Below, piece after piece: positions 1-11,694 of a DNA stretch of 64,000 nucleotides. Below the pieces are notes generated by a model. That model saw only the letters and a list, made by a program, of their open reading frames with translations. It was not told the DNA's origin and made no database searches. How positions within the stretch are numbered: the stretch's first letter is position 1; every line of letters starts with the position of its first letter. Origin of the DNA: Heterodontus francisci (taxonomy: Eukaryota); assembly GCF_036365525.1 (NCBI RefSeq), contig NC_090394.1, forward strand, positions 58,092,914 through 58,156,913, written 5' to 3'. The translations under genes were made by a program, and so were the position numbers.

Positions 1-142
1 AAACAAATTTCTCTGCAGCACCTGTGGAAGAGCCTGTCACTCCAGAATTGGCCTTTATAGCCACTCCAGGCGCTGCTTCACAAACCACTGACCACCTCCA
101 GGCGCGTATCCATTGTCTCTCGAGATAAGGAGGCCCAAAAGA
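1..142 (+). mobile_element. RTE-clade LINE, 3' end (runs off the window start)
   Basis: Close reverse-complement match to the 3' end of the RTE copy at 30924-31080; ends in a short AAAAGA tail. Confidence 0.85.
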
Positions 143-857
143 GATTTCTCAATAAAACCTTGTCTTGTACTGTTGATGCTGTAATAGCACATGTCCACAT
201 GATCAAGAGTGTGTGTTTATTAGGAAAATTTGGACAAAGATTTGGATCTTTAAGCAGATTGTCAGAAACCAAAGATAAAGAATTTAGAAAAATTGTGTTC
301 ATTTCAGATTAATGGCAATTCATTTGCATCTAGCCAGCAGCTATTGGTTTGATCCTTTTTTTATATGCGTCTGCGATTTGAAGTAGCAATTGCATGTCTA
401 TCAATTTCTAAGGATGCAAACATTTTAGAAATGATCTCCAGCCTCTTTGGTATAATAAAAGATAAGCTGATGAGATAGTTGGCAATTTTATCCTCTTCCA
501 ATAATGAAATCTAATCAGGTTTCACTGTAGTCCAGAGTATTGTGGAATAAGTACTGCACAAAATGGTGTGTACATCACACCAGGTGCCATAAGGTGGAAA
601 AACAATTGCACAATGCTGTAGAATGTTCATACGGACAGTCCTGGCTTATACTGATGGGTTCCCTATCTGCCTCCAGAAGAATTTTTTGTATTCCAAGGCT
701 TTTAGTGAAAATTATTATCTACCTAGGTGTGCTCAGCAGTTGTAGCATTGCCTCATTTAGCTACTATTGGGCAATGGTGGATGTGCAATAAGAGGAATTC
801 AGTATTAGTCTGCTGGTATGTTGTACCTTCAATTCAGAGTGCACAACTGTGGAGTTA

Positions 858-2180
858 TAGAATCATAGAATGGTTATAGCACAGAAGGAGACCATTCAGC
901 CCATGTGTCCATGCCAGCTCCCTGCAAGAGTGACTCACCTAGTCCCACTCCCCTGCCTTTTCCCCATGGCCTTGCAATTTGTTTTCCAGCTAATTATCCA
1001 ATTCTCTTTTGAAGGCCTCAATTGAATCTCCTGCCACCACCCTCTCAGGCAGTGCATTCCAGATCCTAACCACACGCTGCATTTTAATAAAGTTTTACCT
1101 TATGTCACCATTGCTTCTTTTGCCAATACGTTTAAATTGGTGTCCTGTGGTTCTGGATCCTTCCGTCAATGGAACAGCTTCTCCCTTTCTACTCTGTCCA
1201 GACCCCTCATGATTTTGAACACCTCTATCAAATCTCCTCTTAATCTTCTCTTCTGCAAGTTGACAGCCTCAGCTTCTCCAGCCCATCCACTTAATTGAAG
1301 TTCCTCATCCCTGGAACCATTCTCATGATTTTTTTCTGCACCCTCTCGAATGCCTTCACATCCTTCCTAAATTGTGTTGCCCGGAACTGGAGACAATACT
1401 CAAGTTGAGGCCGAACCAGTGTTTTATACAAGTTTATTATAACTTCCTTGTTTTTGTACTCTTTCCCCCTAGTTATAAAACTCAAGATCCTGTAAGCTTT
1501 ATTAAGTGCTTTCTCAACCTAACCTAACCTGCCCTGCCACCTTCAGTGATTTTATTTTATTTTTTATTATTTTATTTAGAGACACAGCACTGAAACAGGT
1601 CCTTCGGCCCACCGAGTCTGTGCCGACCAAGAACCACCCATTTATACTAATCCTACAGTAATCCCATATTCCCTACCACCTACCTACACTAGGGGCAATT
1701 TACAACAGCCAATTTACCTATCACCTGCAAGTCTTTTGCTGTGGGAGGAAACCGGAGCACCCGGCGAAAACCCACGCGGTCACAGGGAGAACTTGCAAAC
1801 TCCGCACAGGCAGTACCCAGAATCGAACCCGGGTCCGTGGAGCTGTGAGGCTGCGATGCTAACCACTGCGCCACTGTGCTGCCCTAATTTGTGCACATAT
1901 ACCCCCAGGTGCCTCTGCTCCGGCACCCCCTTTTAAATTGTACCCTTTATTTTATTGCCTCTCCTCATTCTTCCTACCAAAATGAATCACTTCACAGTTA
2001 TCTGCATTAAATTTGATCTGCCACTTGTCGCCCATTCCATCATCCTGTCCATGTCCTCTTGAAGTTTATCACTATCCTCTTCAAAGTTCCAATATTTGTC
2101 TCATATGCAGATTTTGAAATTGTGCCCTGTACATCCAAGTTTAAGTCATTAATTTATATCTGGAAAAGCAGGGATCCTAA
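858..2180 (-). mobile_element. CR1 (HER1-like) LINE 3' fragment, interrupted by an HE1 SINE
   Basis: ORF 1291-1485 reads LYKTLVRPQLEYCLQF...FERVQKK, the CR1 ORF2 C-terminus; a TAGAATCA-type tandem tail lies at about 858-870. Confidence 0.92.
1551..1884 (-). mobile_element. HE1-type V-SINE (tRNA head, V-domain, CR1-derived tail)
   Basis: Minus strand has A box TGGCGCAGTGG, B box GGTTCGATTC and V-domain GCGTGGGTTTTCGCCGGGTGCTCCGGTTTCCTCCCACA; the tail matches the CR1 3' end at 22210-22290. Confidence 0.93.
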
Positions 2181-2859
2181 ATAAGTTAAAAAGGATTTGT
2201 CAGTGACCTGTGGGTAAATCCTACTTTTGTTAAGTCCAAACCAACTTGAATTCTGTCTGTTGTATATGCAATTAAAATTGAAATATCGCAAATTCTGTTT
2301 TTAATACCACAATTAACAATGATAAATAGCTTGTGTAAAAGTAGGTTGAGGACTGAATTGGATTAGGTGAATAGCCTACCAATTTTCACTTTCAGGCTTT
2401 CATGTGAAGGATCACAGCTAAGCAAAGTACTACCACGACATGTGGAACCATATGCCAGTATTAGCTGTCATTCTCAGGAGGTGTAACATGAGAATGTTGG
2501 CACACACATTTGCAGGAATAAGATAAATGGTAAATGGTAGGTTCTAATTATAGCACAGTCCTGCAATTTTCAGTATTGTATTTCTTGTAACTCCACTGAA
2601 TGCTACTGCAGACCCTCATTTTAGCAGTACTTAAGAATCGGGCAGATTGCAATGTTTTGTTGGAGATCCTGGAAATGCAGACATTGAAAACTTTGAAAAA
2701 TGAATGTTGGCCTTTACAATGTCTACTAACATTTCTAACAGATATTGTGGTTATGTATTCAGTAAATTAAATATTTTTAGTTAGAGTTAGAATCCAAAAA
2801 ATCCAGAAATGGCAATGTGTTGTACAAATTTAGAAAAGAAAATCTTGCTTTTCTGTTCA

Positions 2860-3000
2860 ATGCTAGGTTATGTGCTTGCAGTACACCATTTGGCTGCCAA
2901 GTTTCCTTACATTACAACAAGTGGCTACATTTCAAAAGTAATGAATTGGCTGAGGGCCAATCTGAGGTTGTGAAGGTGCTATATAAAGGCAAGTTCTTCC
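2860..3000 (+). mobile_element. SacSINE1-like Deu-SINE, 3' part
   Basis: TTGGCTGCC...CATTACAAC...TTCAAAAGTA...GGTGCTATATAAAGGCAAGT matches the tails of the copies at 14205 and 51135. Confidence 0.7.
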
Positions 3001-3126
3001 TCCTTCCTTGTAGGAAGGGCAGAGGACAGCAATATTTAAAACTTGAGGTGACACTTACACATATGATGCATTGACAGAATTTTAAGATCACCTAGATGGA
3101 TATGACATTGGGAGACTCCCCCTACA

Positions 3127-4480
3127 ACAAAAGGAAAATACTGCGGATGCTGGAAATCTGAACTAAAAATAGAAAATGCTGGAAATACTCAGCAGGTCTG
3201 TCAGTATCTGTGTAGAGAGAAACTAAGTTAATGTTTCAGGTTGATGACCATCAGAACTGGAATGAATTAGAGATGTAATAGGTTTTAAGCAGGTAGCGAG
3301 GCAAGGGAAGGGGAGGACAGAACAAAAGGGAAGGTCTGTGATAGGGTGGAAGGAAGGAGAGATTAAATGATAAAAGGGATGATGGTGCAAGGCAAAATCA
3401 GATGGTAACAGGACAAGTAAAGAAACAAAAGATGAGTTTAGAGGAGATGTAAATCGCAATAGCAGCATCATTACCAACAGCTGCTGTCCGAAAAAATGGG
3501 GGCAGCAGTTAGGATCCAAAATGTTTGAACTCACTAAGTCCAGAAGGCTGTAAAGTGCTTATTTGAAGGGTGAACTTGCGTTGAGCTTCATTAGAATAGT
3601 GTCGAAGGCTTCTGACAGAGAGGCCAGAATGGACATAGGGCAGAGAATTAAAATGACAGGCGACCGAAAGCACAGTCTCGTTTGCGGACTGAACAGAATG
3701 GTTTGTGGAACAATCACCCAAACTGCATTTGGTCTCCCCGTTGTAGAGCAGCCTGCATCATGAGCAGCAATTACAGTATACTAAATTGAAGGAAGTACAA
3801 GTAAATCGCTGTTTCGCCTGGAAGGAGTGTTTAGGGCTCTGCATGGTGGGAAGGGGGGAGGTAAAAGGGCAGCTGTTGCATCTCCTGCGCTTGCGCAGAA
3901 AAGTGCAGTGGGAAGGGGAGGGGGTGTTGGGGTGATTGAAGAGTGGGCCAAGGTGTTGCGGAGGGACTGATCCCTGTGGAATGCTGAAAGAAGAGGGGAA
4001 AATGTGTTTGCTGGTGGCATCCGGCTGAAGGTAGCGGAAATAGCGGAGGATAATCCACTGAATGTGCAGCCCGATGGGGTGGAAGGTCAGGACAAGGGGA
4101 ACCCTATCGTTGTTCTGAGGTGGAGGGGAAGGCGTAAGAGCAGAAGTGTGGGAAATGGGACTGACACTGTAAAAGTCCTTGTCAACCGCAATGGAGGGGA
4201 ATCCTCGGTTGGGGTAAGAGGAAGACATATCGGAAGCACTGATCTGGATGGTAGCATTGGCAGAACAGATGCGATGGAGAAACTGGAAGAATGGAAATTA
4301 CTTCTTCCAGGAAGAGAATGGAAGGAAGTGTCGTCGAGGTAACTGAGAGCCATTGGGTTTATAATAGATTTTGGTTGACAGCCTATCCCCAGAAATGGAG
4401 ATATAGAGAAGGGAAGAGTCAGTGATGGACCTTGTGAAGACAAGAAAGAGTGGAAATTGGAAGCAACGCTGATGAAATTT
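3127..4480 (-). mobile_element. Penelope-like element: RT thumb plus GIY-YIG endonuclease region, frameshifted
   Basis: ORFs 3758-4228 and 3781-4020 contain RVPLVLTFHP, SAFHRDQSLRNTLAHS, RRCNSC and RFTCTSFNLVYCNCCS, typical of the PLE Cys-rich linker and GIY-YIG; the terminal segment at 3127-3260 recurs five more times in the window. Confidence 0.9.
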
Positions 4481-4481
4481 C

Positions 4482-4680
4482 CCATGCGATCTTTTAAATC
4501 CATCTAAGAGTCCTCTGTGTAACGTCTCATCGGAGAGAAAGATCTGTGACATTGCAGAACTCCCTTAGAATAGCACTGAAGTGTCAGCTGAAATAATATA
4601 TTCAGGTCTCTGGTGTGGGTCTTCAACCCCTCCTTCTGATTCAGAGGTGCAAATGCTGGCAGTGAGCCATGGTTGACACC
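4482..4680 (-). mobile_element. SacSINE1-like Deu-SINE, 5' half
   Basis: tRNA-like head followed by a degenerate Deu-domain (CCGATGAGACGTTA on minus); homologous to 14450-14641. Confidence 0.75.
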
Positions 4681-5524
4681 AGTTATTGCTACTAAACACA
4701 AGTGTGAAAGAACAGTTCACTACTATTACAAATTTTGGATCCATTAGGAAAATGGATAAATTAATTCCCATTAAAATAAATTTCTGTAACACCAATATTT
4801 TGATAATGTTTTTGGAAAATCTCACTTCCTGTTCATTTGTAGTAGTTCTTACGCTGGAATCAGAAAACTGATCATTTTTAATAAGTATTTTCTCCTTTAA
4901 AATAACAGTAACATGGTGGGTCAAAGTTTTGATATTTCATGATCTGTGAAATCATGCTTCCTCTGCACAGTTTAACTGCCTTGTGTTTCACTCTGTGTTG
5001 ACCTGTTATATTCAGTCTTGCAGTGTCTGTGCCACCACCAAATGGTACATATGCGAGTAAATAAAATTACAGTACCGTGAAAGAGAGGATGTTCTATAAT
5101 GTTTGTACTGAACAAAGGTGGTCCATTACGATGAAGTGAAGCTGCTCTTTTAGTTTAAAGAAGTTAACTTATCGACTGTAGATAATTATCTTTCAGCGTA
5201 CACTGAGCTGTTAATTTTGGTAGGCAGCAACACTCTAAAATTGAGAGCCAAAAATCCATACAGGTTGTGGTGACTCGAATATGGCTAGTACTATTTATGC
5301 TGGACGATGATTACCTTGTTGTTCTACTGGGATCAGCTGTTCTTTCAAATTGAGTGAATATATTTTTACTTACTATAAAAAGAATATTTCATAGAGAAAC
5401 TGGAAGGACTATAGTGAACATCCATTATTCACTTTCCCTGTTATCTACCACAATTTGCCTTGCATAACCAAATCTCCTCTTGTCTAACATACCGATGGCA
5501 TATAACCCCTGAAAGTTAAATTCA

Positions 5525-5800
5525 AAAAGTAAAATACTGCAGATGTTGGAAATCTGAAAGAAAATGCTGGAGATACTCAGCAGGTCAGGCAGTAACTGTA
5601 AAGAGAGAAAGATAGAATTAATGTTTCAGTTCTATGATCCTTTGTCAGAATCGGAAGCTGTTATAGTTGAACAGCTTATAGGGAGGAACAGTGTCAGGGA
5701 AGAGGGGGCGGGGAGAAAAGTAAAAGTTTATAAAGTAATTAGATGGAGATGAATAAATGACAGAACTGTTAATGATGGAAGACAAAAGGAAGAAATAATG
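5525..5800 (-). mobile_element. Penelope-like terminal fragment
   Basis: AATACTGCAGATGTTGGAAATCTGAA...ATACTCAGCAGGTCAGGCAG matches 3135-3260. Confidence 0.8.
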
Positions 5801-6089
5801 AGAGAAATTAGAGAAATAAAAAAATATACTTGAGACCTAGAGAATGTCTGAATGGTTACAGCAGAATAGCATAGGGGGAGGAGGGAACATGGAAAATCTG
5901 CCAAGGTGTAGAAGACTCCTGTGGCCTGGAAGTGTGGTGGAAGGAACAGATAGATAGACATCAGGGGTGCCGATCACCCTGTTTGCTGTGCAGCAATAGG
6001 AGACCCTCATCCCGAGCACTAACGCACAACCTCCCCCATTCTCAGAAGCACTGATACACCAATGCTAAATTACCAGCCTCTGCTATCTG

Positions 6090-6360
6090 AGGCAAAATGG
6101 GAGCTTTGATTAAGGTAAATGAAGATGATATGGACAACGTTAAAGCCAGATTAAACCTAATCCTGTCCCAGGTGCTGTGCAGGTACGTATATTTTCGAGT
6201 AGTTGTCACCGGCTTAAAATCAGGACTGAACCATGGATATTTTTCTCCTCCTCTGGAGCACTGAAACCAATTGTAGTATCTATACTCTTGCCTTAGTTCT
6301 GATCAGTTTGCTCAGCACAAACCAGGGTTTGATGGGATTTTCCTAGTGTGTGTGGCTCAT
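6090..6360 (-). repeat. Old unassigned SINE-like interspersed repeat
   Basis: Diverged similarity by eye to 42115-42460 and 59085-59390, sharing the GGACAGGATT(A/G)GG core. Confidence 0.5.
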
Positions 6361-6999
6361 TTTAACAACAAAAGGTGCAGTTTATAAAGCCAACTCCCTG
6401 CTCATTCTTAGCCAGATATTTGTCCAGTTCTACAGCATTCCGGAAACCTGTGTCATATCTCGCCCCCATCCCCATTCTCATTTTCTCCACCGGTAATACT
6501 TTTAATTCTGTGAACTTCTCCATACAACTTTAGAGCTGCAAATCATGCATTTATTGTGGTGCTTTTCATCTCCCTCCACATTGAAATTGAATGCAAAACA
6601 CTTCTGTTCAAACTTTTGATAATGAGACAAACACTCTGTTCCCTGAGTTTGAACAAGTTGTGTATCTTTGGATGTGCAACATAAAATCTTGTTTCTTTTT
6701 CCATACTTCTCTCATTCCATACCAAGGCAAAATGTGGGAAGAGTCAATTAGCTTTACATATGCAGAAAAGAGATCAAAGACAGAAATATAATTCAAGAAT
6801 GTGTCTGTTGAATTTGGACTGTTGCCTTTCTCTTTGGAAAGTAAGGTTGGCTCATATCAGTGCTCTGGAGTCACTTTATTAGTGACAGCACCTGCATTGT
6901 TCAAATCAGTTTAAAAAAAACAGCCCATCTTCCTACAAAAAAGTAACGCTGTTTATGTAAACTAACGTAACTTCATAAAACTCTACACATTCTTTCCAG

Positions 7000-7219
7000 G
7001 TTCTTTAACAGGATTAGGTCTTGCCAGCAGGTGTTAAGCAGACTACGTTCCTTCCACGTGCTATGCAGTTGTTATTGATGGTCATGCCATTTAAAAACAA
7101 TGTGTTTACGAGAAGCCGCACGAATGGGAACCAGGGAATTGAGACAATAATGCCTGTTGAAGTGGTAAAAATGCCCATGCGTAATGGATCTTGCTGGAGG
7201 TGTTTAAACACCAGCTTTT
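7000..7219 (+). other. Candidate non-coding (5'UTR-like) exon
   Basis: Branch-like ACTAAC at 6961, acceptor TTCTTTCCAG|G, donor TTT|GTGAGT; unique sequence; no frame is open across it. Confidence 0.3.
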
Positions 7220-7877
7220 GTGAGTGAATATAATGATTTGATTGAAAATAAATCCAACATGTTATGCAAAGATAATATGTGCAGCCTTCTGTCCTAATCC
7301 ATTACATATGGTGAAGAACACTGAACAGAATCTGTTTCATATTTTGCTGGATAATATCTGTACACATATGTTAGCCTGGAGGTTTCTGCCATTCACCCCT
7401 GGAGTTCTACATAGGTCCTGTTTATCCCTGTGTTCTGTTGAATTTGAATGGTCTTTTGAAAAGGGCAGAGAAATGGATAAAAATTATGTGCTGATTCTGA
7501 TCCTGTGTTTAAGCTTACCTGATGGGGAAATAAATCCAAATTAAAGAATCCATTTGTGTTCAGTGTAATTTTGAACTATGTGTATGAGAATTCCTGTTTA
7601 AGCGTCCGAGTCATGTACAGTTTTGAATTAGCTGGTTCTTGCCCGTTAATTAAAAGGGGTAAATTGGACCTTTTTGTTCCCTATTGATCAATTTTCAATT
7701 ATACTGGCTTTGAACACTCAGTTTATAGTAAAGTGTGGGACTTGACAAACATTTACTGACATTGCTAGGGATTGTTAGAAAGTGTTAAAATAACTATCAT
7801 CTTAAGAAACCATTTCAGAAACCTCCACTTTTACCAAGGTGGTTTCCTTCATATCTCACTGATATTCATTTTTTTGT

Positions 7878-8410
7878 GTACAGTTTTGGTCTCCTTACTT
7901 AGGGAAGGATATACTTGCCTTAGGAGTGTGACAAATGCTTCCTAGATTGATTCCTGGGATGAAGGGATTGCTCTATGAGGACAAATTGAGTTTACTAGGC
8001 CTATATTCCCTAGAGTTTAGATGAGTAAGGGGTGACCTCATTGCAACATAAAATTCTTAAGGGGCTTGACATGGTAGATGTTGGGAGGATGTTTCCCCTG
8101 AATGGGGAGTCTAAAACTAGGGGTCACAGTCTCAGAGTAAGGGGATGGTCATTTAAGACTGAGATGAGAAATTTTTCACTCAAAGGATTGTGAATCTTTG
8201 GAATTCTCTCCCTCAGAGTGCTGTGGATGCTCAGTCATTGAATATATTGAAGACAGAGATCGATAGACTTCGGATACTAAGGGAATACAGGGATGTAGGG
8301 ATAGAGCAGGAAAGTGTTGTGCTAGAAGATCAGCCATGATCATATTAGATGTCGCAGCAGGCTCAAAGGACTGAATGGTCTGCTCCTGTTCCTATTTCTT
8401 TTCTTCATGA
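7878..8410 (+). mobile_element. CR1 LINE 3' fragment, decayed
   Basis: CAGTTTTGGTCTCCTTACTTAGGGAAGGATATACTTGCC...GAATGGTCTGCTCCTGTTCCTATTTCTT; homologous to 44688-45340. Confidence 0.88.
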
Positions 8411-9739
8411 ATTCCTGAGTGTGCCTGGAGAATGTTGGCTGATGTCCATCTGGAAGGTCAAAGTGACCAACATTAAAATATAATGAGGAGCAGCAACTTC
8501 TGTGCAGTATCATGGGGAGAAGATTGTGATTGGCCAGATGTGTGTGACACATGTTTGAAGATACTCAGGCCAGCTTCTTCTGATTGAGAACTGCTAAAGT
8601 TAATTCTTTACAATCTGAAGTAACTTAAATTCTCTTTTAAAAAAAAAAGTGGGCAGTTACACTGGAAGTGGTACAGACCAAAGTGAACTGAGGCTACCTG
8701 TTCAAGATGATTTCGCTCATGCAGATTTTCTTTTAATGTTGAGAAACCTTGGTGAAGGGCCAAGGCCCAATGGATATGACACAATCAGGATTGAAAAGAG
8801 AACAGAAGTCCAAGATAAATGAAGAAATATTGAACTTTGAGCATTTTTCTTGCACATAATCACATTAAAAGATTTGAAAGCAATTACTCTGAAGTGTAGG
8901 ACTTGTTATGTATTCAAACTAGATGGAACCAAATTTGGATTTTAGGAGGAAAAAGAATATTGAGGAAGTTAAGGGTTCTTTAGTTTTGAGGCCCCAATAA
9001 AGAGTTAGGGTAAGGAATAGCTCGATAATTGTCAATTTCAGTAGTCAGTGAGGGTGGAGGAAGGGGAAGGACTTACAGGACTGCATATTTGCAGCTGGGA
9101 AGACGAGAGCAAAGATTAGAGGAGTGGTGACCATAACAATATTCTTAAAATAGAACGAGATAAGAATAGTTACAATAGAGACCAGGATTGTCAATGAATG
9201 AGGTATTGCTTGTGTCCTGTCCAGGATTACAAGAGCCTCTCCAGATGTGGGGAACAGCGTTTAAGTCTTGAGACTTGGACTTTAACAGTTACAGTTAAGA
9301 ATTATTGAGAGAGAAATGTGTTTGGTGCAAAGGAAGAAGCAACTTCTTGGATGTAGTCTTTGAAAGAGATGTAAAAGTTCAGTATAAGATCAAAATATAG
9401 AGTGAGGCCAAGAATATCACCAGGTGAAGTGTGGAGCATGAGAAGTAAAAGTTGGTAGCTGCTGTTTGATTTTGGAAGAAACTTCAATAAAATGATATAT
9501 TTTTGAAGAATTGAAATCAGTTAGATTTTGTTGTCATTTTATGTAAATCATTAAGATTCAAGATGTAATGATTCAACCTTTTGTGCATCAAGAAGAGTAA
9601 TGGTTGTGCGAACAGGGTGTCGGTCTGAAAAAAGTTCACAAGTGTAGATGGTAGCAGCTAACTTAAAGGCACCAGCATGCTGAAGCCATAGTACAAAGGT
9701 GAAAGACAAAAGCAGCAATGAAAAACAGACGTTCTCCAT

Positions 9740-10466
9740 GGCCTGCAATTTGCTGGAGTGGCGTATCTCTCGGCTCGGCTGCACATTGGATTTTTTTCCC
9801 TCACCCTTCAGCTCCAATTATTTTTCCACCACAAATTGCAGTGCAGGGAAGTGCAATCTGATAACACTGCAGCATGGTTAATGGGGCATCTGGGACCATG
9901 GTGAATGATGGGACTAATAGTCTATCTTATTAACCAATTAAATTTAAGAATAGAGAAAAGCAGAGGAATGATGGAGAAGGAAATAGGATTAGTTGGAGTC
10001 AAATTTGATACAGAAAGGGAAATGGGGGGGGGGGGGGGGGAAAGAGCCAGAAATATTTTTAAAAAATGAAACAATTTAAAATGTATAAAAACAAACTCTA
10101 GGGACAGTTTATTACCTGCAAGAGTGACACGCCACAGTTTCAGTTGAGCTCTTTCTGGCCTTCCAAGGTTGAGTTTCTCATCAGACCAAATCACCCAGTT
10201 AACGGAGTCCATAGGACATGAAATAGCAGCCTAACTTTCTGTGGCGATTTTAATTTGCATTTATGGCACAAATCCAGTAATTGCTTGACACTGACGGTGA
10301 GCTTCTGTTATTTTGCAAGGCTAATGGCGCAGCGGCACAAAGCAACCAGCAATTTGTAGCAATTCGCAACTTCTCTCTCTTCCTTGCCACAAATTACGGC
10401 GTGTTTTATGCACTAATAACCACGTGTGCTGTGAACTCGCTCTTATTTATCAGAAAATTCTGGGCC
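9740..10466. mobile_element. Old non-autonomous TIR element (MITE family B, Harbinger-like ends)
   Basis: Imperfect TIRs GGCCTGCAATTTGCTG / CAGAAAATTCTGGGCC; internal colinearity with 39175-40135 (e.g. CATCTGGGACC...GTCTATCT..TAACCAAT). Confidence 0.7.
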
Positions 10467-10664
10467 ATTATGCTGAATTGTAGGGATAGTGAAAAACTCA
10501 ATTGTTTAATCAGGTGATACATTACATTAGTAACTGATTCTTGACGTAGTGGGTTTGTGATCTAGGTTGTGCAGTGGTGAGAGGCAGAGTGGTGGACAGG
10601 TTGTTCCTCATTTTGGAAACAAATGCTAAGTTAATCATAGATTAATCTAACATTTTTTCCACAG

Positions 10665-10758
10665 GGAGACGGATGCCTGGAGTAAACAAGTTGTTAGGGG
10701 ATGGATCTTGATTGCGATCTGTGGAAAAATGAAAGAAACTACATCAGAGCTGCCACAC
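10665..10758 (+). CDS. Candidate first coding exon of an unidentified host gene (ATG 10701: MDLDCDLWKNERNYIRAAT...)
   Basis: Branch-like CTAAC at 10647, acceptor TTTTTTCCACAG|G, in-frame upstream stops, GGGGATGG start context, donor CAC|GTAGGC. Peptide not recognised. Confidence 0.35.
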
Positions 10759-10874
10759 GTAGGCTCTGAGAAAATTCCATTCCAAACTGGCAATTTGCAT
10801 CTGTCATAGTATTTCCTGTTTTAACAAGGTGAGGGATAAGTAGAGGATCATTCTTCAATATCTCTGTTGCATAT

Positions 10875-11054
10875 AAAAACAGAATATGCTGGAAATACTC
10901 AGCAGGTCAGGCAGCATGTGTGGAGAGATAAACAGAATTAACATTTGAAACATTAACTCTCGTTCTCTCCACAGATGCTGCCTGACCTGCTGAGTATTTC
11001 CAGCATTTTCTCTTTTCATTTCAGATTTCCAGCATCCGCAGCATTTTGCTTTTG
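10875..11054. mobile_element. Fold-back mini Penelope insertion (two inverted terminal segments) with a 16-bp TSD
   Basis: TATCTCTGTTGCATAT at 10859-10874 and 11055-11070; the arms are inverted copies of the PLE terminal sequence. Confidence 0.92.
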
Positions 11055-11694
11055 TATCTCTGTTGCATATGACATCTGATATTCACTGGTGAGCATTCTT
11101 TATTCTCTAGAAGCTTAAATGCAACTTTAGATAAAAATATTAACAGATCTGTTGAGGCATTGCTGGGAATTTACTCTGCCACTGCACATATCCAGACTTT
11201 CTCAGACTTCTCTGGGAAGCAGAACAGTTAAAATTCCAGCCAAACAGGAGCCAAACAATATAAACAAAATGGTAGCTGCAATGTAAATGTACCCTTAAAA
11301 TTGTTTTGTATTATAGTAAAGTACAATGTCTGTGCACAGAGACATACTGTTTTTAATGTATTAATTTTGTACCAGCAGAGACCCACAAAACATTTGTGGT
11401 CAAATTAGTATACTTAACCAATTCCATCATCGCATCCACCCATCCTGTGCCATTCTATCCTTCCTATGTCATCTCCTCCCTCCCACTCCTCCCAGGGCAT
11501 CCCCTTCCCATGCCATCACTCATGCCATATGTACCTGGGCACGCACTGCAAAACGTGGCATTAACAGGAGGCGTCCTGAAAAAATATGTCTTAATATGCT
11601 GTTTGTTTTATTAAATAAAGTCTTACACTAGTTCATGTAAGTACTTACAAGTCTGTATTCTTAAATAGAATTGTTAAAGTTAATGCAGACTTTG

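Noticed and set aside
1810-1884. tRNA-like sequences at SINE heads (also 17345-17416, 21257-21325, 43761-43830)
   Set aside because: They have A/B boxes but run into SINE bodies and lack a complete cloverleaf and terminator, so they are not tRNA genes.
8650-9560. Possible very old L2-like RT remnant on minus (NYRAI-like motif near 9020)
   Set aside because: Only one short motif, too degenerate to call by eye; needs BLASTX.
10024-10040. Long G/C homopolymers (also 19922-19946, 41575-41588, 60120-60136) as G-quadruplex elements
   Set aside because: They lie within TE copies and are probably slippage expansions or error-prone homopolymer calls.
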